64,000 bases of DNA from Pseudomonadota bacterium (lineage in GTDB: Bacteria > Oederibacteriota > Muellerivitia > Muellerivitales > Muellerivitaceae), in assembly GCA_021324075.1 (NCBI GenBank), contig JAJPJW010000025.1:43306-107305 (forward strand), written 5' to 3'. Position 1 is the stretch's first letter; every line of letters begins with the position of its first letter. Below are positions 62,053 through 64,000 of the stretch, piece after piece. The notes under the pieces were generated by a model that was not told the DNA's origin, did not search any database, and saw nothing but the letters and a program-made list of their open reading frames with translations. The translations under genes were made by a program, and so were the position numbers.

Positions 62053-63453
62053 TTACAGTTTTTCTTTCCGCATGGGTATGAAATCGATCGTCAAGCCGTC
62101 CTTTAAAGGGTAGGTGACCCGTTTTTCCCCGACGTACCCGAATGCCCGGTAAAGCCTTTGGCCGGGAAGGGTGGCCACCAACTCGGCGGACTGGAACCCC
62201 CAAGCCTTGGCTTCCAACTCGCATTTTTCCAAGAGCGCCTTTCCGATTCCCCGGCGGGCCCAGCCGGGGTGGACGAAGAAGGCCCTGATCCGGACTGAAT
62301 CCCGGGCCGGATCGAGGCTCTCGGATTGGCGTCCGGCCTGACCGTCGGCACCAAAGAGGGTTTTCCGGCGGCTCCAGCCGCCACAGGCAATGATCTTTCC
62401 GGCCGACTCCGCGGCGAAAAAAGTCCCGTCTTGGATGAGTTCGGTGTCGACGCCCCAGGCTGTTCCCAAGGCGGCTTCGACCTGCTCCGGCGAGTAATCC
62501 GGCAGGCCCAAACCACGGGCTGATTCCCCGATCAGTTCCTCCAAAATCGGGATGTCTTCCAGGACGGCTTTACGCAAGGTGAAGCCGGCGTCCCTCCAGG
62601 GTGACAGCTTCTTCCAATCCTCTTCGATAAACCGCGCCACGCTGTCCTTGTGATGGGAGCCGATGACGCGGTGGGCCAGCTTTTTCAATTCCGGCGTGGC
62701 ATTTTCCACGGCGATGCCGCGGTGCGCCAACTTGAACATTCTGACGTCGTTGACCTGGTCCCCGAAGACCACCAGTTCCCTGTCCTTCAAACCGTGACGT
62801 TCCTGAAGAACCTGGATGCCCTGGTCCTTTGTGGCCCGGTGGTCGTGGATGGTCAGCCAGTACCATCCTTTGGCGTAAATATCCTCGTAACAATGGGTTT
62901 CTATCCGGCTGCCGTGTTTTTTCCGTATGTCTTTTTCCAGCGGGTCCAACCGGTCGGCTTGCGCGATGACGTTAAAGCAAACCACATTTTGGGCGACAGC
63001 CTTTTCCCAGGTCGGGACTTCTTGAAGCCGGGGGTCGTTGTTGTCCCGGCGGTCCTTCAGGTAGACGTCCATTCCCGCGTTCAAGGAGCGGGTGTAATAG
63101 ACCTGGTCCCGCTCCCCGTCGAAGGCCGAAACAAAGGGCAGCAACCCATGGTCCAGGACGGTTTTGAGGACATCCTCCACGATCGGGGGATCGATGCGGT
63201 TGACGACCTGGTGCCGGCCCGTTTTTAAGTCGGAGATAAAGGCGCCGTTGAATTCGATGATGGGAAGGGAGAGGGGAAGGTTCCCCAAAACCTCGCGGAT
63301 GGAAACGACGCTGCGCGCACTGGCGACGGTGAAGGGAAGGCCTTTCTCCAACAAGTCCGTCAAGATTTGGCGGGAAGGGGCCGACAGCTCACCTTCGCCG
63401 TTGAGGAGGGTTCCGTCCAAATCCGAAACATAAAAGGCAGTCATGGGGTTCAT
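62053..63453 (-). CDS. Fusion protein: N-terminal HAD-superfamily (Cof-like) hydrolase plus C-terminal GNAT acetyltransferase
   Basis: HAD motif I VSDLDGTLL and motif IV VFGDQVNDV. GNAT motif A VHPGWARRGIGKALL. Start among M1/M6/M9 is uncertain. Confidence 0.6.
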   Translation of the reverse strand: MNPMTAFYVSDLDGTLLNGEGELSAPSRQILTDLLEKGLPFTVASARSVVSIREVLGNLPLSLPIIEFNGAFISDLKTGRHQVVNRIDPPIVEDVLKTVLDHGLLPFVSAFDGERDQVYYTRSLNAGMDVYLKDRRDNNDPRLQEVPTWEKAVAQNVVCFNVIAQADRLDPLEKDIRKKHGSRIETHCYEDIYAKGWYWLTIHDHRATKDQGIQVLQERHGLKDRELVVFGDQVNDVRMFKLAHRGIAVENATPELKKLAHRVIGSHHKDSVARFIEEDWKKLSPWRDAGFTLRKAVLEDIPILEELIGESARGLGLPDYSPEQVEAALGTAWGVDTELIQDGTFFAAESAGKIIACGGWSRRKTLFGADGQAGRQSESLDPARDSVRIRAFFVHPGWARRGIGKALLEKCELEAKAWGFQSAELVATLPGQRLYRAFGYVGEKRVTYPLKDGLTIDFIPMRKEKL

Positions 63454-64000
63454 TTTAGTTTTACACAAAGAAAGTGGTAATGCCCGGCTTTACGCTCCCG
63501 GACCAGGGCCTTCCGCAAAACCTTAAAGCCGATTTCCTCGAGCCATTGGTGGTAGGTTTTTTGGTCGGTGTGGCTGAAAAACATCGCGGCCCCGTACCAA
63601 TCCTTTTCCTTCCCGGTCCAACGGCCCCAACCCAGGACGGGCAGGAAAAAACCACCCGGTTTCAGCCAGCGGAAGATCCTCTTGAACAGGGGCTTCTGTT
63701 CCCGCAGGGGCAAGTGGAGGATGGAATAGAACGCGAGGACGGCGTCAAAGGAAGACGGCTTGAACCTCAAACGGCCCATGTCGGCCCTTTGGAAACGGCC
63801 CCGGGGAACCAGTTGCTTCGCCCGCCGGATCTGGACGTCCGAGATGTCCACGCCCAAATAGGCGTGCCGGCGGCTCAAGAACTTCGCCACGGGCACGCCC
63901 ATGCCGCAGCCCAGTTCGAGGATGTGGCTGTCCCGCTCCAGTTTTTTGTCCACGGCTTTAAACCAATAGCGGTCGTATTTCGCGTCCGGGCCGTCGCCCC
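63450..64000 (-). CDS. Class I SAM-dependent methyltransferase (Methyltransf_11-like); N-terminus runs off the window end
   Basis: Motif I ILELGCGMG; post-I acidic LGVDISD; motif II FDAVLAF. The ORF stays open to position 64000. Confidence 0.6.
   Translation of the reverse strand, partial: GDGPDAKYDRYWFKAVDKKLERDSHILELGCGMGVPVAKFLSRRHAYLGVDISDVQIRRAKQLVPRGRFQRADMGRLRFKPSSFDAVLAFYSILHLPLREQKPLFKRIFRWLKPGGFFLPVLGWGRWTGKEKDWYGAAMFFSHTDQKTYHQWLEEIGFKVLRKALVRERKAGHYHFLCVKLK

Noticed and set aside
62015-62224. 70-aa Arg-rich N-terminal extension of the PfkB kinase ORF
   Set aside because: Its composition is Arg/Pro-rich with no homology. The internal Met at 62014 gives the canonical ribokinase-like N-terminus.

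Overview
High-GC (~60-65%) bacterial chromosomal segment carrying about 65 protein genes and one tRNA-Val(CAC). The window has no CRISPR array and no rRNA. Recognisable housekeeping and metabolic genes: ispH, an AddB-type nuclease and an AddA-type helicase-nuclease, a CDF metal exporter, hopanoid/squalene genes hpnC-hpnD-hpnE, an ars-like module (MerR-family regulator, ArsC, aquaglyceroporin), nadE, queD, an SRAP peptidase, a lipoate ligase, a dihydrolipoyl dehydrogenase, gcvT, prfC, an ABC-2 exporter pair and an HPr-like protein. Cell-envelope loci include an autotransporter, two GT-C-like membrane glycosyltransferases, and an MBOAT O-acyltransferase with three SGNH-like partners, two of them fused to NHL beta-propellers. 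Compositional anomalies stand out. A strongly AT-rich Hanks-type Ser/Thr kinase gene sits exactly between addB and addA. There are further AT-rich islets at 1930-2430, 8134-8450, 54780-55400 and 59300-59880. Three short repeat families are present: (1) a G-tract/TATTAGC hairpin element in three copies, one pair bracketing a DUF559 endonuclease gene inside the hpn operon; (2) a CCCCTCACC...CCCTCTCCC palindrome in two copies, one apparently in frame inside addA; (3) CCACAGA(G/T) inverted-repeat miniature elements in two copies. A 40-bp direct duplication of the lpd 3' end is also present. All calls come from reading the translations and DNA by eye; no searches were run.
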